Origin: Azoarcus sp.
GTDB lineage: Bacteria; Pseudomonadota; Gammaproteobacteria; Burkholderiales; Rhodocyclaceae
Assembly (NCBI GenBank): GCA_035306825.1
Contig: DATGNI010000067.1
Location: 5,736-69,735, forward strand
Length of the DNA: 64,000 nucleotides
Direction: 5' to 3'
In this document: one piece after another, positions 45,391 to 54,633 of the stretch
Layout of the letters: every line of letters begins with the position of its first letter
Numbering within the stretch: position 1 is the first letter of the stretch
Notes under the pieces: model-generated
What the model saw: only the letters and a program-made list of their open reading frames with translations
Database searches by the model: none
What the model was told of the DNA's origin: nothing
Position numbers and translations under genes: made by a program

Positions 45391-45486
45391 GTAATAGACC
45401 TCGTTATTAAGCTCCCGACGCCTCATCAACGGCGAACGGCGAGTCGCGCATTATACTTGCACCCACCACACAAGCCACCCGAACGC

Positions 45487-47076
45487 ATGAAGAGCACCAC
45501 ACTGTTGCACGAATTGATCCTCACAACCGCCGAACGCACCCCCGATGCGGCGGCCTTGACGGCGGGCGCGCAGACCTTGCGTTACGATGAACTCGCGAGC
45601 TTGTGCCAACAGGTTGCGAACGGGCTGGTGAGTGTCGGACTTGCGCGCGGCGAGCGCGTTGCGATTTATCTCGACAAGCGCCCGGAATTTGTCGCGGCAG
45701 CGTTCGGAACGAGTCTCGCAGGCGGTGCCTGCGTACCGCTCAATCCGTTGCTCAAACCCGATCAGATCCGCTACATCCTGCGCGACTGCAATGTTCGAGT
45801 GCTTGTCACCAGCGCCGAACGTCTGCCACTACTGGAAGAAACGTTAACCGGTTGCCATGACCTGCGTCAGATCATCATCACAGGAATAATCGACGAACTG
45901 CCCCGCTTCGAAGCGATTACCGCCCACCGTTGGGAGGAGTTCCTGAACGCTCCGCACGCTTCGGGCAGTCGCGTCATCGATAGCGACATGGCGACGATCC
46001 TGTACACATCGGGCAGCACCGGCCGCCCCAAAGGCGTCGTACTGTCACATCGCAATCTCGTCGCCGGCGCGCAAAGCGTGTCGCACTATCTCGACAATCA
46101 TGAAAGCGATGTAATTCTCGCAGCGCTGCCATTGTCGTTCGACGCCGGGTTTTCACAACTGACGACCACTTTCTACGCCGGCTCTCGTATTGTACTGCTC
46201 AATTATCTGTTGCCGCGCGACATTCTCAAAACCATCGAACGCGAGCATATCACCGGCCTGACGGCAGTACCACCGCTGTGGATTCAGCTCGCACGCCTGG
46301 AATGGCCACCCAACGTGGGCCAGCATTTGCGTTATTTTGCCAGCACCGGCGGACGCATGCCGATGGATACCTTACACGCGCTGCGCACTCGTCTGCCGCA
46401 CACCAAACCCTATCTCATGTACGGCCTTACCGAAGCGTTTCGCGCGACCTATCTGCCGCCGGAAGAAATTGACCGACGTCCCGATTCGATTGGCAAGGCC
46501 ATCCCCAACGCCGAAGTTCTGGTATTGCGTGAGGACGGTTCGGAATGCGCCCCGAATGAGCCGGGCGAACTCGTCCAGCGCGGTCCTCTGGTTGCACTCG
46601 GTTACTGGAACGACACCGAAAAGACCGCCGAACGCTTCCGCCCCCTCCCGACGCACCTGACCGGTCATAATGACGGACTGGTGTTGCCCGAAATCGCGGT
46701 TTTTTCCGGGGACACCGTTCGACGCGATGAAGACGGCTATCTGTATTTCATCGGTCGCCATGACGAAATGATCAAAACCTCGGGGTATCGCGTCAGCCCG
46801 ACCGAGGTGGAAGAAGTGCTGTATGCAACCCGCATGGTTGAAGAATGCATAGCCTTCGGCTTGCCGGACCCCACGCTCGGCCAGGTTATCCACGCGGTGG
46901 TCACACCGGCACGCGACGAAATCGACATCAACGCGCTGTTGGCCGAATGCCGTATCCATATGCCGGCCTATATGGTCCCGGCTCACATTGAGGTCCGCCA
47001 AGGCCCTCTCCCGCGCAATGCAAACGGGAAAATCGACCGCAAGGCGCTCGCCCGCCATGCCGGCGAGGAATCATGA
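45487..47076 (+). CDS. AMP-forming acyl-CoA/ACP ligase, exosortase A system-associated type
   Basis: YTSGSTGRPKG, LPLSFDAG, MYGLTEAFR, SGD, NANGKIDR; paired with the decarboxylase as in TIGR03098/TIGR03099 (family assignment from recall). Confidence 0.85.
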   Translation: MKSTTLLHELILTTAERTPDAAALTAGAQTLRYDELASLCQQVANGLVSVGLARGERVAIYLDKRPEFVAAAFGTSLAGGACVPLNPLLKPDQIRYILRDCNVRVLVTSAERLPLLEETLTGCHDLRQIIITGIIDELPRFEAITAHRWEEFLNAPHASGSRVIDSDMATILYTSGSTGRPKGVVLSHRNLVAGAQSVSHYLDNHESDVILAALPLSFDAGFSQLTTTFYAGSRIVLLNYLLPRDILKTIEREHITGLTAVPPLWIQLARLEWPPNVGQHLRYFASTGGRMPMDTLHALRTRLPHTKPYLMYGLTEAFRATYLPPEEIDRRPDSIGKAIPNAEVLVLREDGSECAPNEPGELVQRGPLVALGYWNDTEKTAERFRPLPTHLTGHNDGLVLPEIAVFSGDTVRRDEDGYLYFIGRHDEMIKTSGYRVSPTEVEEVLYATRMVEECIAFGLPDPTLGQVIHAVVTPARDEIDINALLAECRIHMPAYMVPAHIEVRQGPLPRNANGKIDRKALARHAGEES

Positions 47077-48350
47077 CAAAAGGGCAACCGTCCGCACAAA
47101 TGAGAAAGCGCTCCAACCCTCCTACGCCCCCGGCGCATGCGCCGATGACTCAGTTCGCGGTGCAGCACGGGGAACTCGTCGTCGGCGGGCAACCGCTCAG
47201 TCAACTCTCCCAGCACGTCGGCGGCACCCCGTTTTTTGCCTACGACAGCGCGCTGCTTGCCGCGCGCATCGACCAACTGCGCACGATGCTGCCCGAGGCC
47301 ATCGAACTGCACTACGCTATCAAGGCGAATCCGTTTCCGGATCTGGTTCGTTTCATGGCCAAACGCGTGGACGGCCTCGATGTCGCCTCCGGCGGCGAAC
47401 TCGCGCTCGCGCGTGAGAGCGGTTTTCCAGCAAATGCAATCAGTTTTGCCGGCCCCGGAAAATCGCGCAGTGAGCTTGAACAGGCCGTCGCTGCCGGCGC
47501 GCTGCTCAACATCGAATCGCGGCGCGAAGCATACGAGTTGGCGGACATCGCGGCCCGCACCGGTCAGGCCGCGCGTATTGCAGTGCGCGTAAATCCGGAT
47601 TTCGAGCTGAAAAGCTCCGGCATGCGGATGAGTGGCGGCTCCAAGCCTTTCGGTATCGATGCCGAAAAAATCCCCGCGCTGTTTGATGAAATCGGCACGC
47701 TGGGGCTCAGTTTCGAGGGCTTTCACATCTTCGCCGGGTCGCAAAACCTGCGCGCCGAAGCAATCGTCGAAGCCCAGCGCCTGTCTTTTGATCTGGCCGT
47801 ACGGCTGTCTCAATACGCGCCCGCTCCGGTGCGTTTGCTCAATCTGGGTGGCGGCTTCGGCATCCCTTACTTTCCGGGTGACACCCCGCTGGATCTCGCC
47901 CCGATCGCAGAGAACCTCAAAACGCTGTTGAATGAAGCAGCGGACAAACTGCCCGAGGCAAAACTTGCGCTCGAGCTTGGTCGCTATCTGGTCGGAGAAG
48001 CCGGTCTCTACGTCTGTCGCATCATCGACCGCAAGGATTCACGCGGCCAGACATTTCTGATTTGCGACGGCGGTCTGCACCATCACCTCGCCGCGTCCGG
48101 AAACTTCGGCCAGGTATTACGCAAGAACTATCCGGTCGCAATCGGCAATCGCATGAATGCGCCGCGCGACCTCATCGCCAATGTCGTCGGACCGTTGTGC
48201 ACGCCGCTCGACGTGCTTGCCGAACGCATGGCGCTGGCCGACGCCCAGCCGGGAGATTTCGTAGTGGTGTATCAATCCGGTGCTTACGGCGCGAGCGCAA
48301 GCCCTCAGGCGTTTCTGGGCCATCCAGCGCCGGTGGAAATCCTGGTGTGA
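47073..48350 (+). CDS. PLP-dependent fold-III decarboxylase (BtrK-like), exosortase A system-associated type
   Basis: HYAIKANP (PLP Lys), DVASGGE, FAGPGK, HIFAGSQ, NLGGGFG, ELGRYLV, GPLCTPLD, GAYG. Confidence 0.87.
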   Translation: MTKGQPSAQMRKRSNPPTPPAHAPMTQFAVQHGELVVGGQPLSQLSQHVGGTPFFAYDSALLAARIDQLRTMLPEAIELHYAIKANPFPDLVRFMAKRVDGLDVASGGELALARESGFPANAISFAGPGKSRSELEQAVAAGALLNIESRREAYELADIAARTGQAARIAVRVNPDFELKSSGMRMSGGSKPFGIDAEKIPALFDEIGTLGLSFEGFHIFAGSQNLRAEAIVEAQRLSFDLAVRLSQYAPAPVRLLNLGGGFGIPYFPGDTPLDLAPIAENLKTLLNEAADKLPEAKLALELGRYLVGEAGLYVCRIIDRKDSRGQTFLICDGGLHHHLAASGNFGQVLRKNYPVAIGNRMNAPRDLIANVVGPLCTPLDVLAERMALADAQPGDFVVVYQSGAYGASASPQAFLGHPAPVEILV

Positions 48351-48566
48351 GCTGAAAGCGGTTCTGTACGTGCAGCGTTCCCTACGGACAGCCATCGGCT
48401 CTTGCGCGCAGTTGGAGTCAGCTTTCGTCTTCGCCAACGACCCGAAGGATCGGACACTGAACTCAAGCACGTAATAAGAGCGCTCAACAGCCAGGCCACC
48501 TTTCGTGGTCGGGTGAAGCCGGGTCCGGTTTTCCATGCCTTGTGAGCCGCCGAAAACGCTCTCAGC
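48351..48566. other. Structured element bounded by inverted repeats (candidate ncRNA or MITE)
   Basis: Imperfect 15-bp terminal inverted repeat enclosing several nested helices; see findings. Confidence 0.4.
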
Positions 48567-48777
48567 AAGGGGGCCTCGAAGGGGCGGTGAGGAGTACGCG
48601 CTTTTTTGTTGACTTCCTTATCGCGCAATAATCGCGTAGAAGGAAAGGCCGTCGCCAGTGGGGGCGAACTCCCGCCCGGTCAAGGCGGGGCAAAGGCATA
48701 AACGAACGATGGCGGCGACCAGTCAAGACGCCGCAACCGCCCGGCTCCCACAACACGCCGCGTCGTTGTTCGGCGCT

Positions 48778-49539
48778 TTACGCAGCCGCGACGTGCTCAG
48801 CTGAACATACTCTGCATTCCGGGTCGCGCAACACCTTGATGCTGCGCCAATCCATGCGCAGGCTGTCGAGCAATAACAACCGGCCCGACAACGATGTGCC
48901 ACAGCCGATGATCAGCTTGAGCGCCTCGGCCGCCTGCGTCGCACCCACAATGCCGGTCAGCGGCGCGAACACCCCCATCACCGCACAACGCACTTCTTCA
49001 ACGTCCTCTCCTTCCGGGAACAGGCAGTGATAACACGGCCCGTCTCCGCGCAGATCAAACACCGAGATCTGACCGTCGAAGCGAATCGCAGCGCCCGAGA
49101 CGAGAGGCTTGCGGTGTTTCACGCAGGCTCGGTTAACAGCGTGGCGGGTGGCGAAATTGTCGCAGCAATCCAGCACCACGTCCGCCAGCGCCACCTGCTC
49201 ATCGAGAACATCGCCTTCCAGACGCAAGGGGAGCGTTTCTATGCGCACCGACGAATTCATCCGCTGCAATGTGCGCTTGCCCGAATCGACCTTGAGATCG
49301 CCCACGGAATCTACGGTATGCAAAATCTGACGTTGCAGGTTGGTCAGATCAACGACGTCATCATCGGCCAGCGCCAGCGTGCCCACGCCGGAGCAGGCCA
49401 GATACATGGAGGCAGGCGAGCCAAGCCCCCCTGCACCCAGCACCAGCACGCGCGCGCCCAGCAGGGCCTCCTGCCCTTCCACGCCGATTTCAGGCAGCAG
49501 GATATGGCGGCTATAACGAAGAAGCAGATCGTCGTTCAT
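48778..49539 (-). CDS. moeB: Molybdopterin-synthase adenylyltransferase (MoeB/ThiF family)
   Basis: RYSRHILL, GAGGLG, NLQRQ, DCCDNF, CYHC, C-terminal CRVC. Confidence 0.9.
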   Translation of the reverse strand: MNDDLLLRYSRHILLPEIGVEGQEALLGARVLVLGAGGLGSPASMYLACSGVGTLALADDDVVDLTNLQRQILHTVDSVGDLKVDSGKRTLQRMNSSVRIETLPLRLEGDVLDEQVALADVVLDCCDNFATRHAVNRACVKHRKPLVSGAAIRFDGQISVFDLRGDGPCYHCLFPEGEDVEEVRCAVMGVFAPLTGIVGATQAAEALKLIIGCGTSLSGRLLLLDSLRMDWRSIKVLRDPECRVCSAEHVAAA

Positions 49540-49568
49540 GATTTCTGTGAAAACAGCCTGATGAGGCG

Positions 49569-50018
49569 TTATTTGTACTCGCGCAGCTCGTCCGGCGTCG
49601 CATCGTAGTTGCCGTGCGGATGCTGGTCGTACGCCTTGATGTAGACTTCATTGGATTTCTTGATCAGGCGCTCTGGCGAGTGGAGGTTGTGGCGCTGGGT
49701 TTCCTCGCAAAAATAAACCACAGCGCGCACCATCCGGGCGTAAAGACCGTTATCGAGGTGAAAACCCGCATCCCGCAATGAGTTTTCAATGAGTTCAAGC
49801 GAATAGTCGAGAACAGAATAACGAACCGACAGCGCCAGCTGCGAGGGCCGAGCGAGCACCTTGACGCCTTTCAGTTTCGCCAGCGCTTCCCGTGCCTGTT
49901 CAACCTGATCCGGTGGAGACGGCGCGAAACGAATTTCACGCTCTTTCGTCAATCCCCCACCCGGCAGCGGGTGTTCATGATTCCTGCCTGCCAGCTTGTA
50001 CGCCGTTTCCCGTCGCAT
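49569..50018 (-). CDS. Conserved hypothetical protein, possible HMA/ferredoxin-like fold
   Basis: Fills the ctpA-moeB gap in the same orientation; LSVRYSVLDYSLELIENSLRDAGF resembles HMA-like domains; no CxxC. Confidence 0.7.
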   Translation of the reverse strand: MRRETAYKLAGRNHEHPLPGGGLTKEREIRFAPSPPDQVEQAREALAKLKGVKVLARPSQLALSVRYSVLDYSLELIENSLRDAGFHLDNGLYARMVRAVVYFCEETQRHNLHSPERLIKKSNEVYIKAYDQHPHGNYDATPDELREYK

Positions 50019-50039
50019 CGCCGCCTCCCGGCCATCCGA

Positions 50040-51404
50040 TCATTCGCTTTCATTCTGGCCGATACGTTCCCCTTTGAGAAGCCGCACGGCCTGACGGAGT
50101 TGGTAATCGTCCTCACCACCCAGCTCAAAGCGCGGCGCTGGGGGCGTGGGCGTGTCCTCGACATTCTCCTCTACCGCTTCGTCCACTGCGGGTTCCGTGT
50201 CGGAGCTTCCAAGGTGGCCGAGCAGATCAATTTCACGCACGCGCACACTCGAACCGTTTTCCGTCTCTTCGATAATAATGTCCGGCGCGATCCCCTTGGC
50301 CTGAATCGAGCGACCATTCGGCGTGTAATAGCGCGCCGTGGTCAGTTTGATCGCAGTCTGACTGTTGAGCGGCAAAATGGTCTGCACCGACCCCTTGCCG
50401 AAGCTTTGCGTACCCGCCACTTGCGCTCGCTCGTGATCCTGCAACGCGCCGGCAACAATCTCGCTGGCCGAGGCCGAGCCACCATTGACGAGCACCACCA
50501 TGGGCACCTCACGCGCAAACGCCGGCAAATCGTTCAGGAAATCACCCCGCCGACCGCGACGATAATCTTCCGGCACCGCCAGATATTCACGTCGTGCATC
50601 CGGCGCCCGGCCATCGGTGGACACCACCAGCGCATTCCGCGGCAGAAAGGCCGCTGACACACCCACCGCGCTGTGCAACAGCCCGCCCGGATCGTTGCGC
50701 AGATCCAGTACCAGCCCCTTCAGCTCGCCGTGGGAACCGAGTTGATTCAGGTGTTCCACCACCGCCGGCGCGGTGTTCTCCTGGAACTGCACCACACGCA
50801 AGTAGCCATACCCCGGCTCAATGATTTTCGACCGTACCGAACGCACACGAATGATTTCGCGCGTAATCTCGATAACGACCGGCTGCAGCTCATCTTCACG
50901 CGCAATCGTCAGTGTGATGCTCGTGCCCGGTTTGCCGCGCATGAGCTTGACCGCTTCAGACAGGTTCATGCCCTTCACCGGTGTTTCATCGAGCTTGACG
51001 ATCAGATCGCCAGCCTGAACCCCTGCGCGGAAAGCCGGCGTATCCTCAATCGGCGACACCACTTTGACGAAGCCGTCTTCCATGCCGACTTCGATCCCCA
51101 GTCCACCGAATTCGCCCTGCGTGCCTTCGCGCAATTCCTTGAAGGCTTCCTCGTCGAGATAGGCCGAGTGCGGGTCGAGATTGCTCAGCATTCCGCTGAT
51201 CGCATGATCGATCAAGGTTCGATCGTCGACCGGTTCGACATACCCTTGCTTGATCGCGTTAAACACATCGGCAAACGCACGCAACTCCTCAACCGGCAAC
51301 GAAGCGGGCGAACGGTCGGCACTGGCGGAAAAATTGAGGCTGATCAGCACCCCGGCAATGAGGCCGGTGAGCACCAGACTCAGTTTCTGCAACTTGCTAC
51401 GCAT
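50040..51404 (-). CDS. ctpA: S41 carboxyl-terminal processing protease
   Basis: LDPHSAY, PDZ (GGLGIEV), LDLRNDPGG, SASASEIVAG, FGKGSVQ. Confidence 0.95.
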   Translation of the reverse strand: MRSKLQKLSLVLTGLIAGVLISLNFSASADRSPASLPVEELRAFADVFNAIKQGYVEPVDDRTLIDHAISGMLSNLDPHSAYLDEEAFKELREGTQGEFGGLGIEVGMEDGFVKVVSPIEDTPAFRAGVQAGDLIVKLDETPVKGMNLSEAVKLMRGKPGTSITLTIAREDELQPVVIEITREIIRVRSVRSKIIEPGYGYLRVVQFQENTAPAVVEHLNQLGSHGELKGLVLDLRNDPGGLLHSAVGVSAAFLPRNALVVSTDGRAPDARREYLAVPEDYRRGRRGDFLNDLPAFAREVPMVVLVNGGSASASEIVAGALQDHERAQVAGTQSFGKGSVQTILPLNSQTAIKLTTARYYTPNGRSIQAKGIAPDIIIEETENGSSVRVREIDLLGHLGSSDTEPAVDEAVEENVEDTPTPPAPRFELGGEDDYQLRQAVRLLKGERIGQNESE

Positions 51405-51453
51405 GAGGACTCCAATATCGAATCAAATCTGCCCTGTAAACAGCCCCGCGGCC

Positions 51454-52647
51454 TCAACCACCTCGTCGCATCCACGGCAATGGATCAAAGGGCTCGCCAT
51501 TATGACGGACTTCAAAGTATAAGCCGGTTTCCCAACCGCCTCCGCTCGCGCCGACATTCGCAATCGGCATTCCCGCCTCGACGGATTCTCCGACTACGCG
51601 CAACAAAGCGTCATTATTCGCATAAATACTGAGGTAATCAGCACCGTGGTCAACAATGATGAGATTACCGTATCCCCGCATCCAATCCGAGAACACAACG
51701 GTTCCCGCCGCCACTGTACGGACTTGCGCCCCTCCGGCTGCACGAATGAACAATCCACGCCAGCGCATCCCCCCTTCCTGTCTCGGCGCACCGAATCGGG
51801 CAGCGAGCTCTCCTTCCACCGGGAACCCCAGCTGACCACGCAATTGTGCGAACGGTTTGCCGGATGTTGTCGCGCTGGCCACCGGCCCGGTCGGCGTGCC
51901 TTGCGCTGCGGGAGCGTTACGTTGCTGCTGCGCGGACCGTTGGGCAAGCTCAACGACGCGAGACAACTGCTGCTCATTTTCTCGCATCGCTTTTATCGCC
52001 CGTTCCTGGGCATGCAATTCGCCCGCCAGCTGCGCTTGCGCTTTGGCGCGCGCGGCGTGCACTTTTTCGAGCTTGGCCTGTTCCCGTTTTTGCGCCGACT
52101 CAAGCTCACCGAGCGCCACACGTTGCTCGGCGAGTTCTTTGAGCAATCGTTCTTGCTCGGCCAGATCTGCACGCAGTGCGTCAATCTGCTCCAGACGCGC
52201 CTGACCTAACCGCTCCAGGTAATGAGCGTCGCGCATGATTTGATTCGGATCCCGCCCGGACAAAAAAGGGGCCACCTCATTGCCACGATGCATGTAATGG
52301 CGCCGTAAAGTTTCCGCCAGCTCGGCCCGACGCTGCGCAATGCGCGCATCTACACGCGCATGTTCCGCTTCGCGCTCGGCCAGTTCTTTCTCTGCCGTTG
52401 CCACGCGCTCTGCCAATTCGCGCAACGTGCGGCGCGATTGCGATACCGCACGTTCCGCTTCCGCCACGCCGGAGGAAGCCTTGGCGTGTGCCGTACGGTT
52501 CCTTTCGATTTCGTGCTCAAGCTCACGGATACGTTGCTGCATATCCTCCAGTTCCGCCTGGCGGGTCACATCTTGAGCAACCGCCAGGCTCATGCAGGTC
52601 CATAGCAACGCTGCCAGAAAAAACCTCAGCCGCGGCACGTCCAGCAT
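51454..52647 (-). CDS. envC: Murein hydrolase activator EnvC
   Basis: Signal peptide, long coiled coil, degenerate M23 domain (WRGLFI, GYGNLIIVDHG, LYFEVR). Confidence 0.9.
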   Translation of the reverse strand: MLDVPRLRFFLAALLWTCMSLAVAQDVTRQAELEDMQQRIRELEHEIERNRTAHAKASSGVAEAERAVSQSRRTLRELAERVATAEKELAEREAEHARVDARIAQRRAELAETLRRHYMHRGNEVAPFLSGRDPNQIMRDAHYLERLGQARLEQIDALRADLAEQERLLKELAEQRVALGELESAQKREQAKLEKVHAARAKAQAQLAGELHAQERAIKAMRENEQQLSRVVELAQRSAQQQRNAPAAQGTPTGPVASATTSGKPFAQLRGQLGFPVEGELAARFGAPRQEGGMRWRGLFIRAAGGAQVRTVAAGTVVFSDWMRGYGNLIIVDHGADYLSIYANNDALLRVVGESVEAGMPIANVGASGGGWETGLYFEVRHNGEPFDPLPWMRRGG

Positions 52648-53397
52648 TTAACCGTGCGGGCCACCATGCCGCGCCACCTCTGCCTCAGCACGGCGAATGA
52701 CTTCCTCGTCAGCGAGGTAGTAGCTTTTGATCGGTTTCAGATCGGCATCCAGCTCATACACCAACGGTTGGCCTGTCGGAATGTTGCGTTGGACAATTCC
52801 CTCGTCGGAGACGCCGTCGAGATATTTGATGAGAGCACGCAAACTATTTCCGTGCGCAACAATCAGCACCCGCTTGCCCACGAGAATCTCAGGTGCAATC
52901 TGGGTTTGCCAATACGGCACGAAACGCGCCACCGTATCCTTCAGACATTCCGCCCGCGGATATTGAGCGCGCGGCAGCAACGCATATCGTGGGTCATCAA
53001 AGGTCAGGCGCGGGTCCCCCTCGCTCAGCGGCGGAGGCGGGGTCGCATAGGAGCGTCGCCATGCGAGCACCTGCTCGTCACCATATTGCGTGGCGGTTTC
53101 GGCCTTGTTGAGCCCCTGAAGAGCGCCGTAATGGCGTTCATTGAGGCGCCAGGAATGGGTCACCGGCAACCACAGGGCGTCCAGTTCCTCGAGAACCAGA
53201 TGGAGTGTCTTGATGGCGCGCTTCAACACCGAGGTGTAGCCGCAATCAAACACGAACCCTTCTTTGCGCAGTAACTCACCGGCCATTTTTGCTTCGGCCA
53301 TCCCTTTCTCGGTGAGATCTATGTCAGTCCATCCGGTGAATCTGTTTTCTTTATTCCAGACAGACTCACCGTGGCGCAGCAAAACGATTTTATACAT
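52648..53397 (-). CDS. gpmA: 2,3-BPG-dependent phosphoglycerate mutase
   Basis: [24 protein letters not shown]. Confidence 0.96.
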   Translation of the reverse strand: MYKIVLLRHGESVWNKENRFTGWTDIDLTEKGMAEAKMAGELLRKEGFVFDCGYTSVLKRAIKTLHLVLEELDALWLPVTHSWRLNERHYGALQGLNKAETATQYGDEQVLAWRRSYATPPPPLSEGDPRLTFDDPRYALLPRAQYPRAECLKDTVARFVPYWQTQIAPEILVGKRVLIVAHGNSLRALIKYLDGVSDEGIVQRNIPTGQPLVYELDADLKPIKSYYLADEEVIRRAEAEVARHGGPHG

Positions 53398-53552
53398 GAA
53401 GCCTCAGGTCGGAAAATGAGGGATTCCGGCACGGAGCAATCCTGCACCGAGGTCCGATGCGGTATTTTATACTATGGCGCGGCCTTCGGTCGCCCTGACG
53501 CGTTATTCGGCGTAACCGAATGCGTGCCGCCCTACCCCGACATGGATCTACC

Positions 53553-53873
53553 GTGAAAAACGAACCTTCCATTTTCGAATTGATTGATCGAAACGAAGAC
53601 ATCGAAACCGCCGCCCACGCGATGAAGGCCATCGCCCATCCATTGCGGCTCAAGATAATGTGCGTTCTCGGCGAAGGTGAAGTGTGCGTACAGGACATCG
53701 TCGAGGCAGTCGGCACCTCTCAGAGCAATGTTTCCCAACATCTCGCGATTTTGCGTGACAAGGGCGTGTTACAAACACGCAAAGATGCCAACCGCGTCTA
53801 TTATCGTGTCGTGGATCAGCGCACGCTGCAGCTCATCAGCCTCATCCGCGAGGTATTCTGCGGCAATCGCTAA
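53553..53873 (+). CDS. ArsR/SmtB regulator (BigR/SqrR-like)
   Basis: KAIAHPLRLKIMCVL, SQSNVSQHLAILR, C-terminal FC; GTG start. Confidence 0.88.
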   Translation: MKNEPSIFELIDRNEDIETAAHAMKAIAHPLRLKIMCVLGEGEVCVQDIVEAVGTSQSNVSQHLAILRDKGVLQTRKDANRVYYRVVDQRTLQLISLIREVFCGNR

Positions 53874-53900
53874 ATTAATTCCCCTCAACGGAGTTTCGAA

Positions 53901-54338
53901 TTGGAACCGGATTTTCTGCAACAAAACTGGTATTGGGTTTTGCTGGCCACTGCCTCCGGCACTTTCGTCATCGTCGACACCATCCGCACTGCGATGGACC
54001 GGAGTGCGCTCGCGCCGATGGATGCAACCAACAAGATCAACCGCGAGGACGCAACGGTCATCGACGTGCGTGAGAAGCTCGAATACACCCAAGGTCACAT
54101 TCCCAATGCTCGCCACATCCCGTTGGCAGAGCTTGACCGGCGTCTTCCCGAGTTAAGCAAGCTGAAAAACTCACCCTTGATTGTCTGCTGTGCGAGCGGG
54201 AGTCGTTCTCGCACCGCACTCGCCAAGCTCAAGAACGAAGGCTTCGAGCAGGTGTTCAACCTGCGCGGCGGCATCAACGAATGGGAAAAGGCCGGCCAGC
54301 CGCTCGCCACCGGTCGCAAGGCAAAGGGAAAGAAATGA
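53901..54338 (+). CDS. Membrane-anchored rhodanese (YibN-like)
   Basis: N-terminal TM segment, IDVRE..EY..GHIP, CASGSRS, LRGGINEW. Confidence 0.9.
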   Translation: MEPDFLQQNWYWVLLATASGTFVIVDTIRTAMDRSALAPMDATNKINREDATVIDVREKLEYTQGHIPNARHIPLAELDRRLPELSKLKNSPLIVCCASGSRSRTALAKLKNEGFEQVFNLRGGINEWEKAGQPLATGRKAKGKK

Positions 54339-54604
54339 GCGTACCCGTCACCATGTACACGAGCGCGATCTGTCCTTTCTGCGTTCGCGCCGAACAGCTG
54401 CTTGCGCGCCACAACGTAACCAATCTGGAAAAAATCCGGGTGGACCTCCATCCCGAGCTGCGTGCCAGGATGATCGAGCTCACCGGCCAGCGCACGGTTC
54501 CCCAGATCTTTATCGGCGACTACCATGTCGGCGGCTGCGACGAACTCTACGAGCTCAACCATGAAGGCCGGCTTGAAGCACTCCTGGCCGGCGATCCTGC
54601 CTGA
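54335..54604 (+). CDS. grxC: Glutaredoxin 3
   Basis: CPFC, TVPQIFI, GGCDEL. Confidence 0.95.
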   Translation: MSVPVTMYTSAICPFCVRAEQLLARHNVTNLEKIRVDLHPELRARMIELTGQRTVPQIFIGDYHVGGCDELYELNHEGRLEALLAGDPA

Positions 54605-54633
54605 ATACAACTCCTAACCAAGATATCGACCTC

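Noticed and set aside
48351-48540. Resemblance of the minus strand to RNase P RNA (ATGGCTGTCC...ACAGAACCGCTT; GTGCTTGAG) or to group II intron domain V (GAGCCG...GCACGTAC)
   Set aside because: The GAGGAAAGTCC/P4 core is absent and the domain V hairpin does not close; only short word matches.
48635-48680. Fluoride-riboswitch-like GGCGGGAGTTCGCC on the minus strand, or a tmRNA-like GGGGGCG start on the plus strand
   Set aside because: Lacks the conserved GATG and TGATG elements and any downstream crcB-type gene; no TTCGA arm, CCA end or tag frame for tmRNA.
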